A DNA stretch of 64,000 bases from Antedon mediterranea. Its lineage: Eukaryota > Animalia > Echinodermata. Below, piece after piece: positions 1 through 14,950 of this stretch. The notes under the pieces were generated by a model that was not told where the DNA came from, did no database searches, and saw nothing but the letters and a program-made list of their open reading frames with translations. The stretch spans positions 12,643,812 to 12,707,811 of the forward strand of contig NC_092675.1 in assembly GCF_964355755.1 (NCBI RefSeq). The letters run 5' to 3'. Each line of letters opens with the position of its first letter. The stretch's first letter is position 1. Made by a program: the position numbers and the translations under genes.

Positions 1-840
1 TGCTTAGAATCACATTATAAACCGTTTTAGACCATTTTGAGCATTTCGATAACAATTTTCACACAAAAACATCAAAGAGCACAAAATAGCTTAATATCGT
101 ATTTAAAAATGTTTTAGACCATTTTGAGCATTTAGAAAAAACTTTTTCACACAAAACACCAAAGTGCTTAGAATAGCTTCAAATCGTATTTGGAGACGTT
201 TTAGACCATTTTGAGATTTTCGAAAAAACTTGGTTACACAAAAATATCAAAGTGCTTAAAATCACATTATAAACCGTTTTAGACCATTTTGAGCATTTCG
301 ATAACACTTTTCACACAAAAACATCAAAGAGCACAAAATAGCTTAATATCGTATTTAAAAACGTTTTAGACCATTTTGAGCATTTCGACAAAACTTTTTC
401 ACACAAAACACCAAAGTGCTTAGAATAGCTTCAAATCGCATTTGGAGACGTTTTAGACCAATTTGTGCATTTCGATGAAACTTGGTTACACAAAAACATC
501 AAAGTGCTTAAAATCACATTATAAATCGTTTTAGACCATTTTGAGCATTTCGATAACACTTTTCACACAAAAACATCAAAGAGCACAAAATAGCTTAATA
601 TCTTATTTAAAAACGTTTTAGACCATTTTGAGCATTTAGACAAAACTTTTTCACACAAAACACCAAAGTGCTTAGAATAGCTTCAAATCGCATTTGGAGA
701 CGTTTTAGACCATTTTGTGATTTTCAAAAAAACTTGTTAACATAAAAACACCAAAGTGCTTAGAATAGCTTCAAATCGTATTTGGAGACGTTTTAGACCA
801 TTTTGTGATTTTCGAAAAAACTTGTAAACATAAAAACACC

Positions 841-2166
841 AAAGTGCTTAGAATAGCTTCAAATCGCATTTGGAGACATTTTAGACCAATTTGTGATTTT
901 CGAAAAAAACTTGTCAACATAAAAACACCAAAGTGTTTAGAATAGCTTCAAATCGCATTTGGAGACGTTTTAGACCAATTTGTGATTTTCGAAAAAACTT
1001 ATCAACATAAAAACACCAAAGGGTTTAGAATAGCTTCAAATCGCATTTGGAGACGTTTTAGACCATTTTGTGATTTTTGAAAAAAACTTGTTAACATAAA
1101 AACACGAAAGTGCTTAGAATAGCTTCAAATCGCATTTGGAAACGTTTTAGACCATTTTGTGATTTTCGAAAAAACTTGTTAACATAAAAACACGAAAGTG
1201 CTTAGAATAGCTTCAAATCGCATTTGGAAACGTTTTAGACCATTTTGTGATTTTCGAAAAAAATTGTTAACATAAAAACACCAAAGTGCTTAGAATAGCT
1301 TCAAATCGCATTTGGAGACATTTTAGACCAATTTGTGATTTTCGAAAAAAACTTGTCAACATAAAAACACCAAAGTGTTTAGAATAGCTTCAAATCGCAT
1401 TTGGAGACGTTTTAGACCAATTTGTGATTTTCGAAAAAACTTATCAACATAAAAACACCAAAGGGTTTAGAATAGCTTCAAATCGCATTTGGAGACGTTT
1501 TAGACCATTTTGTGATTTTTGAAAAAAACTTGTTAACATAAAAACACGAAAGTGCTTAGAATAGCTTCAAATCGCATTTGGAAACGTTTTAGACCATTTT
1601 GTGATTTTCGAAAAAACTTGTTAACATAAAAACACGAAAGTGCTTAGAATAGCTTCAAATCGCATTTGGAAACGTTTTAGACCATTTTGTGATTTTCGAA
1701 AAAAATTGTTAACATAAAAACACCAAAGTGCTTAGAATAGCTTCAAATCGCATTTGGAGACATTTTAGACCAATTTGTGATTTTCGAAAAAAACTTGTCA
1801 ACATAAAAACACCAAAGTGTTTAGAATAGCTTCAAATCGCATTTGGAGACGTTTTAGACCAATTTGTGATTTTCGAAAAAACTTATCAACATAAAAACAC
1901 CAAAGGGTTTAGAATAGCTTCAAATCGCATTTGGAGACGTTTTAGACCATTTTGTGATTTTTGAAAAAAACTTGTTAACATAAAAACACGAAAGTGCTTA
2001 GAATAGCTTCAAATCGCATTTGGAAACGTTTTAGACCATTTTGTGATTTTCGAAAAAACTTGTTAACATAAAAACACGAAAGTGCTTAGAATAGCTTCAA
2101 ATCGCATTTGGAAACGTTTTAGACCATTTTGTGATTTTCGAAAAAAATTGTTAACATAAAAACACC
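841..2166. repeat. Three tandem copies of a 442-bp five-monomer (all A-type) higher-order unit
   Basis: The diagnostic variant TTTGGAGACA starts at 869, 1311 and 1753 (442-bp spacing). Each is followed by the same series of variants (TTGTCAAC, TTATCAAC/AAAGGGTTTAG, CACG/GGAAACG twice). Confidence 0.93.
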
Positions 2167-5100
2167 AAAGTGCTTAGAATAGCTTCAAATCGCATTTGGA
2201 AACGTTTTAGACCATTTTGTTATTTTCGAAAAAAATTGTTAACATAAAAACACCAAAGTGCTTAGAATCACATTATAAACCGTTTTAGACCATTTTGAGC
2301 ATTTCGATAACAATTTTCACACAAAAACATCAAAGAGCACAAAATAGCTTAATATCGTATTTAAAAATGTTTTAGACCATTTTGAGCATTTAGATAAAAC
2401 TTTTTCACAAAAAACACCAAAGTGCTTAGAATAGCTTCAAATCGCATTTGGAGACGTTTTAGACCATTTTGTGATTTTTGAAAAAACTTGTTAACATAAA
2501 AACACCAAAGTGCTTAGAATAGCTTCAAATCACATTTGGAGACGTTTTAGACCATTTTGTGATTTTCGAAAAAACTTGTTAACATAAAAACACGAAAGTG
2601 CTTAGAATAGCTTCAAATCGCATTTGGAAACGTTTTAGACCATTTTGTGATTTTCGAAAAAACTTGTTAACATAAAAACACGAAAGTGCTTAGAATAGCT
2701 TCAAATCGCATTTGGAAACGTTTTAGACCATTTTGTGATTTTCGAAAAAAATTGTTAACATAAAAACACCAAAGTGTTTAGAATAGCTTCAAATCGCATT
2801 TGGAGACGTTTTAGACCAATTTGTGATTTTCGAAAAAACTTATCAACATAAAAACACCAAAGGGTTTAGAATAGCTTCAAATCGCATTTGGAGACGTTTT
2901 AGACCATTTTGTGATTTTCGAAAAAACTTGTTAACATAAAAACACGAAAGTGCTTAGAATAGCTTCAAATCGCATTTGGAAACGTTTTAGACCATTTTGT
3001 GATTTTCGAAAAAACTTGTTAACATAAAAACATGAAAGTGCTTAGAATAGCTTCAAATCGTATTTGGAGACGTTTTAGACCATTTTGTGATTTTCGAAAA
3101 AACTTGTTAACATAAAAACACCAAAGTGCTTAGAATAGCTTCAAATCGCATTTGGAGACGTTTTAGACCATTTTGTGCATTTCGATGAAACTTGGTTACA
3201 CAAAAACATCAAAGTGCTTAAAATCACATTATAAACCATTTTAGACCATTTTGAGCATTTCGATAACACTTTTCACACAAAAACATCAAAGAGCACAAAA
3301 TAAAACGTTTTAGACCATTTTGAGCATTTCGACAAAACTTTTTCACACAAAACACCAAAGTGCTTAGAATAGCTTCAAATCGCATTTGGAAACGTTTTAG
3401 ACCATTTTGTGATTTTCGAAAAAAATTGTTAACATAAAAACACCAAAGTGCTTAGAATCACATTATAAACCGTTTTAGACCATTTTGAGCATTTCGATAA
3501 CAATTTTCACACAAAAACATCAAAGAGCACAAAATAGCTTAATATCGTATTTAAAAATGTTTTAGACCATTTTGAGCATTTGGATAAAACTTTTTCACAC
3601 AAAACACCAAAGTGCTTAGAATAGCTTCAAATCGCATTTGGAGACGTTTTAGACCATTTTGTGATTTTTGAAAAAAATTGTTAACATAAAAACACCAAAG
3701 TGCTTAGAATAGCTTCAAATCACATTTGGAGACGTTTTAGACCATTTTGTGATATTCGAAAAAACTTGTTAACATAAAAACACGAAAGTGCTTAGAATAG
3801 CTTCAAATCGCATTTGGAAACGTTTTAGACAATTTTGTGATTTTCGAAAAAACTTGTTAACATAAAAACACCAAAGTGCTTAGAATAGCTTCAAATCGCA
3901 TTTGGAAACGTTTTAGACCATTTTGTTATTTTCAAAAAAAATTGTTAACATAAAAACACCAAAGTGCTTAGAATCACATTATAAACCGTTTTAGACCATT
4001 TTGAGCATTTCGATAACAATTTTCACACAAAAACATCAAAGAGCACAACATAGCTTAATATCGTATTTAAAAATGTTTTAGACCATTTTGAGCATTTAGA
4101 TAAAACTTTTTCACACAAAACACCAAAGTGCTTAGAATAGCTTCAAATCGCATTTGGAGACGTTTTAGACCATTTTGTGATTTTTGAAAAAACTTGTTAA
4201 CATAAAAACACCAAAGTGCTTAGAATAGCTTCAAATCACATTTGGAGACGTTTTAGACCATTTTGTGATTTTCGAAAAAACTTGTTAACATAAAAACACG
4301 AAAGTGCTTAGAATAGCTTCAAATCGCATTTGGAAACGTTTTAGACCATTTTGTGATTTTCGAAAAAACTTGTTAACATAAAAACACGAAAGTGCTTAGA
4401 ATAGCTTCAAATCGCATTTGGAAACGTTTTAGACCATTTTGTGATTTTCGAAAAAAATTGTTAACATAAAAACACCAAAGTGTTTAGAATAGCTTCAAAT
4501 CGCATTTGGAGACGTTTTAGACCAATTTGTGATTTTCGAAAAAACTTATCAACATAAAAACACCAAAGGGTTTAGAATAGCTTCAAATCGCATTTGGAGA
4601 CGTTTTAGACCATTTTGTGATTTTCGAAAAAACTTGTTAACATAAAAACACGAAAGTGCTTAGAATAGCTTCAAATCGCATTTGGAAACGTTTTAGACAA
4701 TTTTGTGATTTTCGAAAAAACTTGTTAACATAAAAACATGAAAGTGCTTAGAATAGCTTCAAATCGTATTTGGAGACGTTTTAGACCATTTTGTGATTTT
4801 CGAAAAAACTTGTTAACATAAAAACACCAAAGTGCTTAGAAAAGCTTCAAATCGCATTTGGAGACGTTTTAGACCATTTTGTGCATTTCGATGAAACTTG
4901 GTTACACAAAAACATCAAAGTGCTTAAAATCACATTATAAACCATTTTAGACCATTTTGAGCATTTCGATAACACTTTTCACACAAAAACATCAAAGAGC
5001 ACAAAATAGCTTAATATCGTATTTAAAAACGTTTTAGACCATTTTGAGCATTTCGACAAAACTTTTTCACACAAAACACCAAAGTGCTTAGAATAGCTTC

Positions 5101-8100
5101 AAATCGCATTTGGAGACGTTTTAGACCATTTTGTGATTTTCGAAAAAACTTGTTAACATAAAAACATCAAAGTGTACAGAATAACTTCAAATCGCATTTG
5201 GAGACCGTTTTAGGCCAATTTGTGATTTTCGAAAAAACTTGTTAACCTAAAAATACCAAAGTGTTTAGAATAGCTTCAAATCGCATTTGGAGACGTTTTA
5301 GACCATTTTGTGATTTTCGAAAAAACTTGTTAACATAAAAACACCAAAGTGCTTCAAATCGCATTTGGAGACATTTTAGACCAATTTGTGATTTTTGAAA
5401 AAACTTGTTAACATAAAAACACCAAAGTGCTTACAATAGCTTCAAATCGTATTTGGAGACGTTTTAGACCATTTTGTGATTTTCGAAAAAACTTGTTAAC
5501 ATAAAAACACCAAAGTACTTAGAATAGCTTCAAATCGCATTTGGAGACGTTTTAGACCATTTTATGCATTTCGATGAAACTTGGATACACAAAAACATCA
5601 AAGTGCTTAAAATCACATTATAATCCGTTTTAGACTATTTTGAGCATTTCGATAACACTTTTCACACAAAAACATCAAAGAGCACAAAATAGCTTAATAT
5701 CGTATTTAAAAACGTTTTAGACCATTTTGAGCATTTCGACAAAACTTTTTCACACAAAACACCAAAGTGCTTAGAATAGCTTCAAATCGCATTTGGAGAC
5801 GTTTTAGACCATTTTGTGATTTTCGAAAAAAATTGTTAACATAAAAACATCAAAGTGAACAGAATAGCTTCAAATCGCATTTGGAGACATTTTAGACCAA
5901 TTTGTGATTTTCGAAAAAACTTGTCAACATAAAAACACCAAAGTGTTTAGAATAGCTTCAAATCGCATTTGGAGACGTGTTAGACCAATTTGTGATTTTC
6001 GAAAAAACTTATCAACATAAAAACACCAAAGGGTTTAGAATATCTTCAAATCGCATTTGGAGACGTTTTAGACCATTTTGTGATTTTCGAAAAAACTTGT
6101 TAACATAAAAACACCAAAGTGCTTAGAAAAGCTTCAAATCGCATTTGGAGACGTTTTAGACCATTTTGTGATTTTCAAAAAAAATTGTTAACATAAAAAC
6201 ACCAAAGTGCATAGAATCACATTATAAACCGTTTTAGACCATTTAGAGCATTTCGATAACAATTTTCACACAAAAACATCAATGAGCACAAAATAGCTTA
6301 ATATCGTATTTAAAAATGTTTTAGACCATTTTGAGCATTTAGACAAAACTTTTTCACACAAAACACCAAAGTGCTTAGAATAGCTTCAAATCGCATTTGG
6401 AGACGTTTTAGACAATTTTGTGATTTTCGAAAAAACTTGGTTACACAAAAACATCAAAGTGCTTAAAATCACATTATAAACCGTTTTAGACCATTTTGAG
6501 CATTTCGATAACACTTTTCACACAAAAACATCATAGAGCACAAAATAGCTTAATATCGTATTTAAAAACGTTTTAGACCATTTTGAGCATTTCGACAAAA
6601 CTTGTTAACATAAAAACACCAAAGTGCTTAGAATGGCTTCAATCGCATTTGGAGACGCTTTAGACCATTTTGTGATTTTCGAAAAAAATTGTTAACATAA
6701 AAACACCAACGTGCTTAGAATCACATTATAAACCGTTTTAGACCATTTTGAGCATTTCGATAACAATTTTCACACAAAAACATCAAAGAGCACAAAATAG
6801 CTTAATATCGTATTTAAAAATGTTTTAGACCATTTTGAGCATTTAGAAAAAACTTTTTCACACAAAACACCAAAGTGCTTAGAATAGCTTCAAATCGTAT
6901 TTGGAGACGTTTTAGACCATTTTGAGATTTTCGAAAAAACTTGGTTACACAAAAACATCAAAGTGCTTAAAATCACATTATAAACCGTTTTAGACCATTT
7001 TGAGCATTTCGATAACACTTTTCACACAAAAACATCAAAGAGCACAAAATAGCTTAATATCGTATTTAAAAACGTTTTAGACCATTTTGAGCATTTCGAC
7101 AAAACTTTTTCACACAAAACACCAAAGTGCTTAGAATAGCTTCAAATCGCATTTGGAGACGTTTTAGACCAATTTGTGCATTTCGATGAAACTTGGTTAC
7201 ACAAAAACATCAAAGTGCTTAAAATCACATTATAAATCGTTTTAGACCATTTTGAGCATTTCGATAAACACTTTTCACACAAAAACATCAAAGAGCACAA
7301 AATAGCTTAATATCTTATTTAAAAACGTTTTAGACCATTTTGAGCATTTAGACAAAACTTTTTCACACAAAACACCAAAGTGCTTAGAATAGCTTCAAAT
7401 CGCATTTGGAGACGTTTTAGACCATTTTGTGATTTTCAAAAAAACTTGTTAACATAAAAACACCAAAGTGCTTAGAATAGCTTCAAATCGCATTTGGAGA
7501 CATTTTAGACCAATTTGTGATTTTCGAAAAAAACTTGTCAACATAAAAACACCAAAGTGTTTAGAATAGCTTCAAATCGCATTTGGAGACGTTTTAGACC
7601 AATTTGTGATTTTCGAAAAAACTTATCAACATAAAAACACCAAAGGGTTTAGAATAGCTTCAAATCGCATTTTGAGACGTTTTAGACCATTTTTGTGATT
7701 TTCGAAAAAACTTGTTAACATAAAAACACGAAAGTGCTTAGAATAGCTTCAAATCGCATTTGGAAACGTTTTATTCCATTTTGTGATTTTCGAAAAAAAT
7801 TGTTAACATAAAAACACCAAAGTGCTTAGAATCCCATTATAAACCGTTTTAGACCATTTTGAGCATTTCGATAACAATTTTCACACAAAAACATCAAAGA
7901 GCACAAAATAGCTTAATATCGTATTTAAAAATGTTTTAGACCATTTTGAGCATTTAGATAAAACTTTTTCACACAAAACACCAAAGTGCTTAGAATAGCT
8001 TCAAATCGCATTTGGAGACGTTTTAGACCATTTTGTGATTTTTGAAAAAACTTGTTAACATAAAAACACCAAAGTGCTTAGAATAGCTTCAAATCACATT

Positions 8101-9289
8101 TGGAGACGTTTTAGACCATTTTGTGATTTTCGAAAAAACTTGTTAACATAAAAACACGAAAGTGCTTAGAATAGCTTCAAATCGCATTTGGAAACGTTTT
8201 AGACCATTTAGTGATTTTCGAAAAAAATTGTTAACATAAAAACACCAAAGTGTTTAGAATAGCTTCAAATCGCATTTGGAGACGTTTTAGACCAATTTGT
8301 GATTTTCGAAAAAACTTATCAACATAAAAACACCAAAGGGTTTAGAATAGCTTCAAATCGCATTTGGAGACGTTTTAGACCATTTTGTGATTTTCGAAAA
8401 AACTTGTTAACATAAAAACACGAAAGTGCTTAGAATAGCTTCAAATCGCATTTGGAAACGTTTTAGACCATTTTGTGATTTTCGAAAAAACTTGTTAACA
8501 TAAAAACATGAAAGTGCTTAGAATAGCTTCAAATCGTATTTGGAGACGTTTTAGACCATTTTGTGATTTTCGAAAAAACTTGTTAACATAAAAACACCAA
8601 TGTGCTTAGAATAGCTTCAAATCGCATTTGGAGACGTTTTAGACCATTTTGTGCATTTCGATGAAACTTGGTTACACAAAAATATCAAAGTGCTTAAAAT
8701 CACATTATAAACCATTTTAGACCATTTTGAGCATTTCGATAACACTTTTCACACAAAAACATCAAAGAGCACAAAATAGCTTAATATCGTATTTAAAAAC
8801 GTTTTAGACCATTTTGAGCATTTCGACAAAACTTTTTCACACAAAACACCAAAGTCCTTAGAATAGGTTCAAATCGCATTTGGAGACGTTTTAGACCATT
8901 TTGTGATTTTCGAAAAAAATTGTTAACATAAAAACATCAAAGTGTACAGAATAGCTTCAAATCGCATTTGGAGACCGTTTTAGGCCAATTTGTGATTTTC
9001 GAAAAAACTTGTTAACCTAAAAATACCAAAGTGTTTAGAATAGCTTCAAATCGCATTTGGAGACGTTTTAGACCATTTTGTGATTTTCGAAAAAACTTGT
9101 TAACATAAAAACACCAAAGTGCTTAGAATAGCTTCAAATCGCATTTGGAGACATTTTAGACCAATTTGTGATTTTCGAAAAAACTTATCAACATAAAAAC
9201 ACCAAAGGGTTTAGAATATCTTCAAATCGCATTTGGAGACGTTTTAGACCATTTTGTGATTTTCGAAAAAACTTGCTAACATAAAAACA

Positions 9290-12200
9290 CCAAAGTGCTT
9301 AGAATAGCTTCAAATCGCATTTGGAGACGTTTTAGACCAATTTGTGATTTTCGAAAAAACTTATCAACATAAAAACACCAAAGGGTTTAGAATAGCTTCA
9401 AATCGCATTTGGAGACGTTTTAGACCATTTTGTGATTTTGAAAAAACTTGTTAACATAAAAACACCAAAGTGCTTAGAATAGCTTCAAATCGCATTTGGA
9501 GACGTTTTAGACCATTTTGTGATTTTCGAAAAAACTTGTTAACATAAAAACACCAAAGTGCTTAGAATAGCTTCAAATCGTATTTGGAGACGTTTTAGAC
9601 CATTTTGAGATTTTCGAAAAAACTTGGTTACACAAAAACATCAAAGTGCTTAAAATCACATTATAAACCGTTTTAGACCATTTTGAGCATTTCGATAACA
9701 CTTTTCACACAAAAACATCAAAGAGCACAAAATAGCTTAATATCGTATTTAAAAACGTTTTAGACCATTTTGAGCATTTCGACAAAACTTTTTTAAACAA
9801 AACACCAAAGTGCTTAGAATAGCTTCAAATCGCATTTGGAGACGTTTTAGACCAATTTGTGATTTTTGAAAAAACTTGTTAACATAAAAACACCAAAGTG
9901 CTTAGAATAGCTTCAAATCACATTTGGAGACGTTTTAGACCATTTTGTGATTTTCGAAAAAACTTGTTAACAAAAAAACACGAAAGTGCTTAGAATAGCT
10001 TCAAATCGCCTTTGGAAACGTTTTAGACCATTTTGTGATTTTCGAAAAAACTTGTTAACATAAAAACACGAAAGTGCTTAGAATCACATTATAAACCGTT
10101 TTAGACCATTTTGAGCATTTCGATAACAATTTTCACACAAAAACATCAAAGAGCACAAAATAGCTTAATATCGTATTTAAAAATGTTTTAGACCATTTTG
10201 AGCATTTAGATAAAACTTTTTCACACAAAACACCAAAGTGCTTAGAATAGCTTCAAATCGCATTTGGAGACGTTTTAGACCAATTTGTGATTTTTGAAAA
10301 AACTTGTTAACATAAAAACACCAAAGTGCTTAGAATAGCTTCAAATCACATTTGGAGACGTTTTAGACCATTTTGTGATTTTGAACAAACTTGTTAACAT
10401 AAAAACACCAAAGTGCTTAGAATAGCTTCAAATCGCATTTGGAGACGTTTTAGACCATTTTGTGATTTTCGAAAAAACTTGTTAACATAAAAACACCAAA
10501 GTGCTTAGAATAGCTTCAAATCGTATTTGGAGACGTTTTAGACCATTTTGAGATTTTCGAAAAAACTTGGTTACACAAAAACATCAAAGTGCTTAAAATC
10601 ACATTATAAACCGTTTTAGACCATTTTGAGCATTTCGATAACACTTTTCACACAAAAACATCAAAGAGCACAAAATAGCTTAATATCGTATTTAAAAACG
10701 TTTTAGACCATTTTGAGCATTTCGACAAAACTTTTTCACACAAAACACCAAAGTGCTTAGAATAGCTTCAAATCGCATTTGGAGACGTTTTAGACCAATT
10801 TGTGCATTTCGATGAAACTTGATTACACAAAAACATCAAAGTGCTTAAAATCACATTATAAACCGTTTTAGACCATTTTGAGCATTTCGATAACACTTTT
10901 CACACAAAAACATCAAAGAGCACAAAATAGTTTAATATCGTATTTAAAAACGTTTAGACCATTTTGAGCATTTAGACAAAACTTTTTCACACAAAACACC
11001 AAAGTGCTTAGAATAGCTTCAAATAACATTTGGAGACGTTTTAGACCATTTTGTGCATTTCGATGAAACTTGGTTACACAAAAACATCAAAGTGCTTAAA
11101 ATCACATTATAAATCGTTTTAGACCATTTTGAGCATTTCGACAAAACTTTTTCACACAAAATATCAAAGGGCTTAGAATAGCTTCAAATCGCATTTGGAG
11201 ACGTTTTAGACCATTTTGTGATTTTCGAAAAAACTTTTTAACATAAAAACACCAAAGTGCTTAGAATAGCTTCAAATCACATTTGGAGACGTTTTAGACC
11301 ATTTTGTGATTTTCGAAAAAACTTGTTAACATAAAAACACGAAAGTGCTTAGAATAGCTTCAAATCGCATTTGGAAACGTTTTAGACCATTTTGTGATTT
11401 TCGAAAAAAATTGTTAACATAAAAACACCAAAGTGCTTAGAATCACATTATAAACCGTTTTAGACCATTTTGAGCATTTCGATAACAATTTTCACACAAA
11501 AACATCAAAGAGCACAAAATAGCTTAATATCGTATTTAAAAATGTTTTAGACCATTTTGAGCATTTAGATAAAACTTTTTCACACAAAACACCAAAGTGC
11601 TTAGAATAGCTTCAAATCGCATTTGGAGACGTTTTAGACCATTTTGTGATTTTCGAAAAAACTTTTTAACATAAAAACACCAAAGTGCTTAGAATAGCTT
11701 CAAATCACATTTGGAGTCGTTTTAGACCATTTTGTGATTTTCGAAAAAACTTGTTTACATAAAAACACGAAAGTGCTTAGAATAGCTTCAAATCGCATTT
11801 GGAAACGTTTTAGACCATTTTGTGATTTTCGAAAAAAATTGTTAACATAAAAACACCAAAGTGCTTAGAATCACATTATAAACCGTTTTAGACCATTTTG
11901 AGCATTTCGATAACAATTTTCACACAAAAACATCAAAGAGCACAAAATAGCTTAATATCGTATTTAAAAATGTTTTAGACCATTTTGAGCATTTAGATAA
12001 AACTTTTTCACACAAAACACCAAAGTGCTTAGAATAGCTTCAAATCGCATTTGGAGACGTTTTAGACCATTTTGTGATTTTTGAAAAAACTTGTTAACAT
12101 AAAAACACCAAAGTGCTTAGAATAGCTTCAAATCACATTTGGAGACGTTTTAGACCATTTTGTGATTTTCGAAAAAACTTGTTAACATAAAAACACGAAA

Positions 12201-14950
12201 GTGCTTAGAATAGCTTCAAATCGCATTTGGAAACGTTTTAGACCATTTTGTGATTTTCGAAAAAACTTGTTAACATAAAAACACGAAAGTGCTTAGAATA
12301 GCTTCAAATCGCATTTGGAGACGTTTTAGACCAATTTGTGATTTTCGAAAAAACTTATCAACATAAAAACACCAAAGGGTTTAGAATAGCTTCAAATCGC
12401 ATTTGGAGACGTTTTAGACCATTTTGTGATTTTGAAAAAACTTGTTAACATAAAAACACCAAAGTGCTTAGAATAGCTTCAAATCGCATTTGGAGACGTT
12501 TTAGACCATTTTGTGATTTTCGAAAAAACTTGTTAACATAAAAACACCAAAGTGCTTAGAATAGCTTCAAATCGTATTTGGAGACGTTTTAGACCATTTT
12601 GAGATTTTCGAAAAAACTTGGTTACACAAAAACATCAAAGTGCTTAAAATCACATTATAAACCGTTTTAGACCATTTTGAGCATTTCGATAACACTTTTC
12701 ACACAAAAACATCTAAGAGCACAAAATAGCTTAATATCGTATTTAAAAACGTTTTAGACCATTTTGAGCATTTCGACAAAACTTTTTCAAACAAAACTCC
12801 AAAGTGCTTAGAATAGCTTCAAATCGCATTTGGAGACGTTTTAGACCAATTTGTGATTTTCGAAAAAACTTGTTAACATAAAAACACCAAAGTGCTTAGA
12901 ATAGCTTCAAATCACATTTGGAGACGTTTTAGACCATTTTGTGATTTTCGAAAAAACTTGTTAACAAAAAAACACGAAAGTGCTTAGAATAGCTTCAAAT
13001 CGCCTTTGGAAACGTTTTAGACCATTTTGTGATTTTCGAAAAAACTTGTTAACATAAAAACACGAAAGTGCTTAGAATCACATTATAAACCGTTTTAGAC
13101 CATTTTGAGCATTTCGATAACAATTTTCACACAAAAACATCAAAGAGCACAAAATAGCTTAATATCGTATTTAAAAATGTTTTAGACCATTTTGAGCATT
13201 TAGATAAAACTTTTTCACACAAAACACCAAAGTGCTTAGAATAGCTTCAAATCGCATTTGGAGACGTTTTAGACCAATTTGTGATTTTTGAAAAAACTTG
13301 TTAACATAAAAACACCAAAGTGCTTAGAATAGCTTCAAATCACATTTGGAGACGTTTTAGACCATTTTGTGATTTTGAACAAACTTGTTAACATAAAAAC
13401 ACCAAAGTGCTTAGAATAGCTTCAAATCGCATTTGGAGACGTTTTAGACCATTTTGTGATTTTCGAAAAAACTTGTTAACATAAAAACACCAAAGTGCTT
13501 AGAATAGCTTCAAATCGTATTTGGAGACGTTTTAGACCATTTTGAGATTTTCGAAAAAACTTGGTTACACAAAAACATCAAAGTGCTTAAAATCACATTA
13601 TAAACCGTTTTAGACCATTTTGAGCATTTCGATAACACTTTTCACACAAAAACATCAAAGAGCACAAAATAGCTTAATATCGTATTTAAAAACGTTATAG
13701 ACCATTTTGAGCATTTCGACAAAACTTTTTCACACAAAACACCAAAGTGCTTAGAATAGCTTCAAATCGCATTTGGAGACGTTTTAGACCAATTTGTGCA
13801 TTTCGATGAAACTTGATTACACAAAAACATCAAAGTGCTTAAAATCACATTATAAACCGTTTTAGACCATTTTGAGCATTTCGATAACACTTTTCACACA
13901 AAAACATCAAAGAGCACAAAATAGTTTAATATCGTATTTAAAAACGTTTTAGACCATTTTGAGCATTTAGACAAAACTTTTTCACACAAAACACCAAAGT
14001 GCTTAGAATAGCTTCAAATAACATTTGGAGACGTTTTAGACCATTTTGTGCATTTCGATGAAACTTGGTTACACAAAAACATCAAAGTGCTTAAAATCAC
14101 ATTATAAATCGTTTTAGACCATTTTGAGCATTTCGACAAAACTTTTTCACACAAAATATCAAAGGGCTTAGAATAGCTTCAAATCGCATTTGGAGACGTT
14201 TTAGACCATTTTGTGATTTTCGAAAAAACTTTTTAACATAAAAACACCAAAGTGCTTAGAATAGCTTCAAATCACATTTGGAGACGTTTTAGACCATTTT
14301 GTGATTTTCGAAAAAACTTGTTAACATAAAAACACGAAAGTGCTTAGAATAGCTTCAAATCGCATTTGGAAACGTTTTAGACCATTTTGTGATTTTCGAA
14401 AAAAATTGTTAACATAAAAACACCAAAGTGCTTAGAATCACATTATAAACCGTTTTAGACCATTTTGAGCATTTCGATAACAATTTTCACACAAAAACAT
14501 CAAAGAGCACAAAATAGCTTAATATCGTATTTAAAAATGTTTTAGACCATTTTGAGCATTTAGATAAAACTTTTTCACACAAAACACCAAAGTGCTTAGA
14601 ATAGCTTCAAATCGCATTTGGAGACGTTTTAGACCATTTTGTGATTTTCGAAAAAACTTTTTAACATAAAAACACCAAAGTGCTTAGAATAGCTTCAAAT
14701 CACATTTGGAGACGTTTTAGACCATTTTGTGATTTTCGAAAAAACTTGTTTACATAAAAACACGAAAGTGCTTAGAATAGCTTCAAATCGCATTTGGAAA
14801 CGTTTTAGACCATTTTGTGATTTTCGAAAAAAATTGTTAACATAAAAACACCAAAGTGCTTAGAATCACATTATAAACCGTTTTAGACCATTTTGAGCAT
14901 TTCGATAACAATTTTCACACAAAAACATCAAAGAGCACAAAATAGCTTAA
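9290..14950. repeat. Approximately 2994-bp tandem duplication within the satellite (boundaries approximate)
   Basis: Rare variants recur at an offset of 2994-2995 bp: CGCCTTTGG at 10007 and 13001, AACAAAAAAACACG near 9969 and 12963, AGTTTAATATC near 10929 and 13923, TTGTTTACAT near 11751 and 14746. Confidence 0.85.
13066..14424. repeat. Example of the 16-monomer, 1360-bp higher-order repeat (B-C-A-A-A-A*-B-C-A'-B-C-A'-B/C hybrid-A-A-A)
   Basis: The GAATCACATT landmark of the first B monomer recurs at 13075 and 14435 (1360 bp), 34245 and 35605 (1360 bp), and 10081 and 11440 (1359 bp, with a 1-bp deletion near 10953). The monomer lengths sum to 1360. Confidence 0.85.

Noticed and set aside
810-826. 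CENP-B box in monomer A (TTCGAAAAAACTTGT)
   Set aside because: Only the TTCG and A positions match NTTCGNNNNANNCGGGN. The required CGGG is absent.
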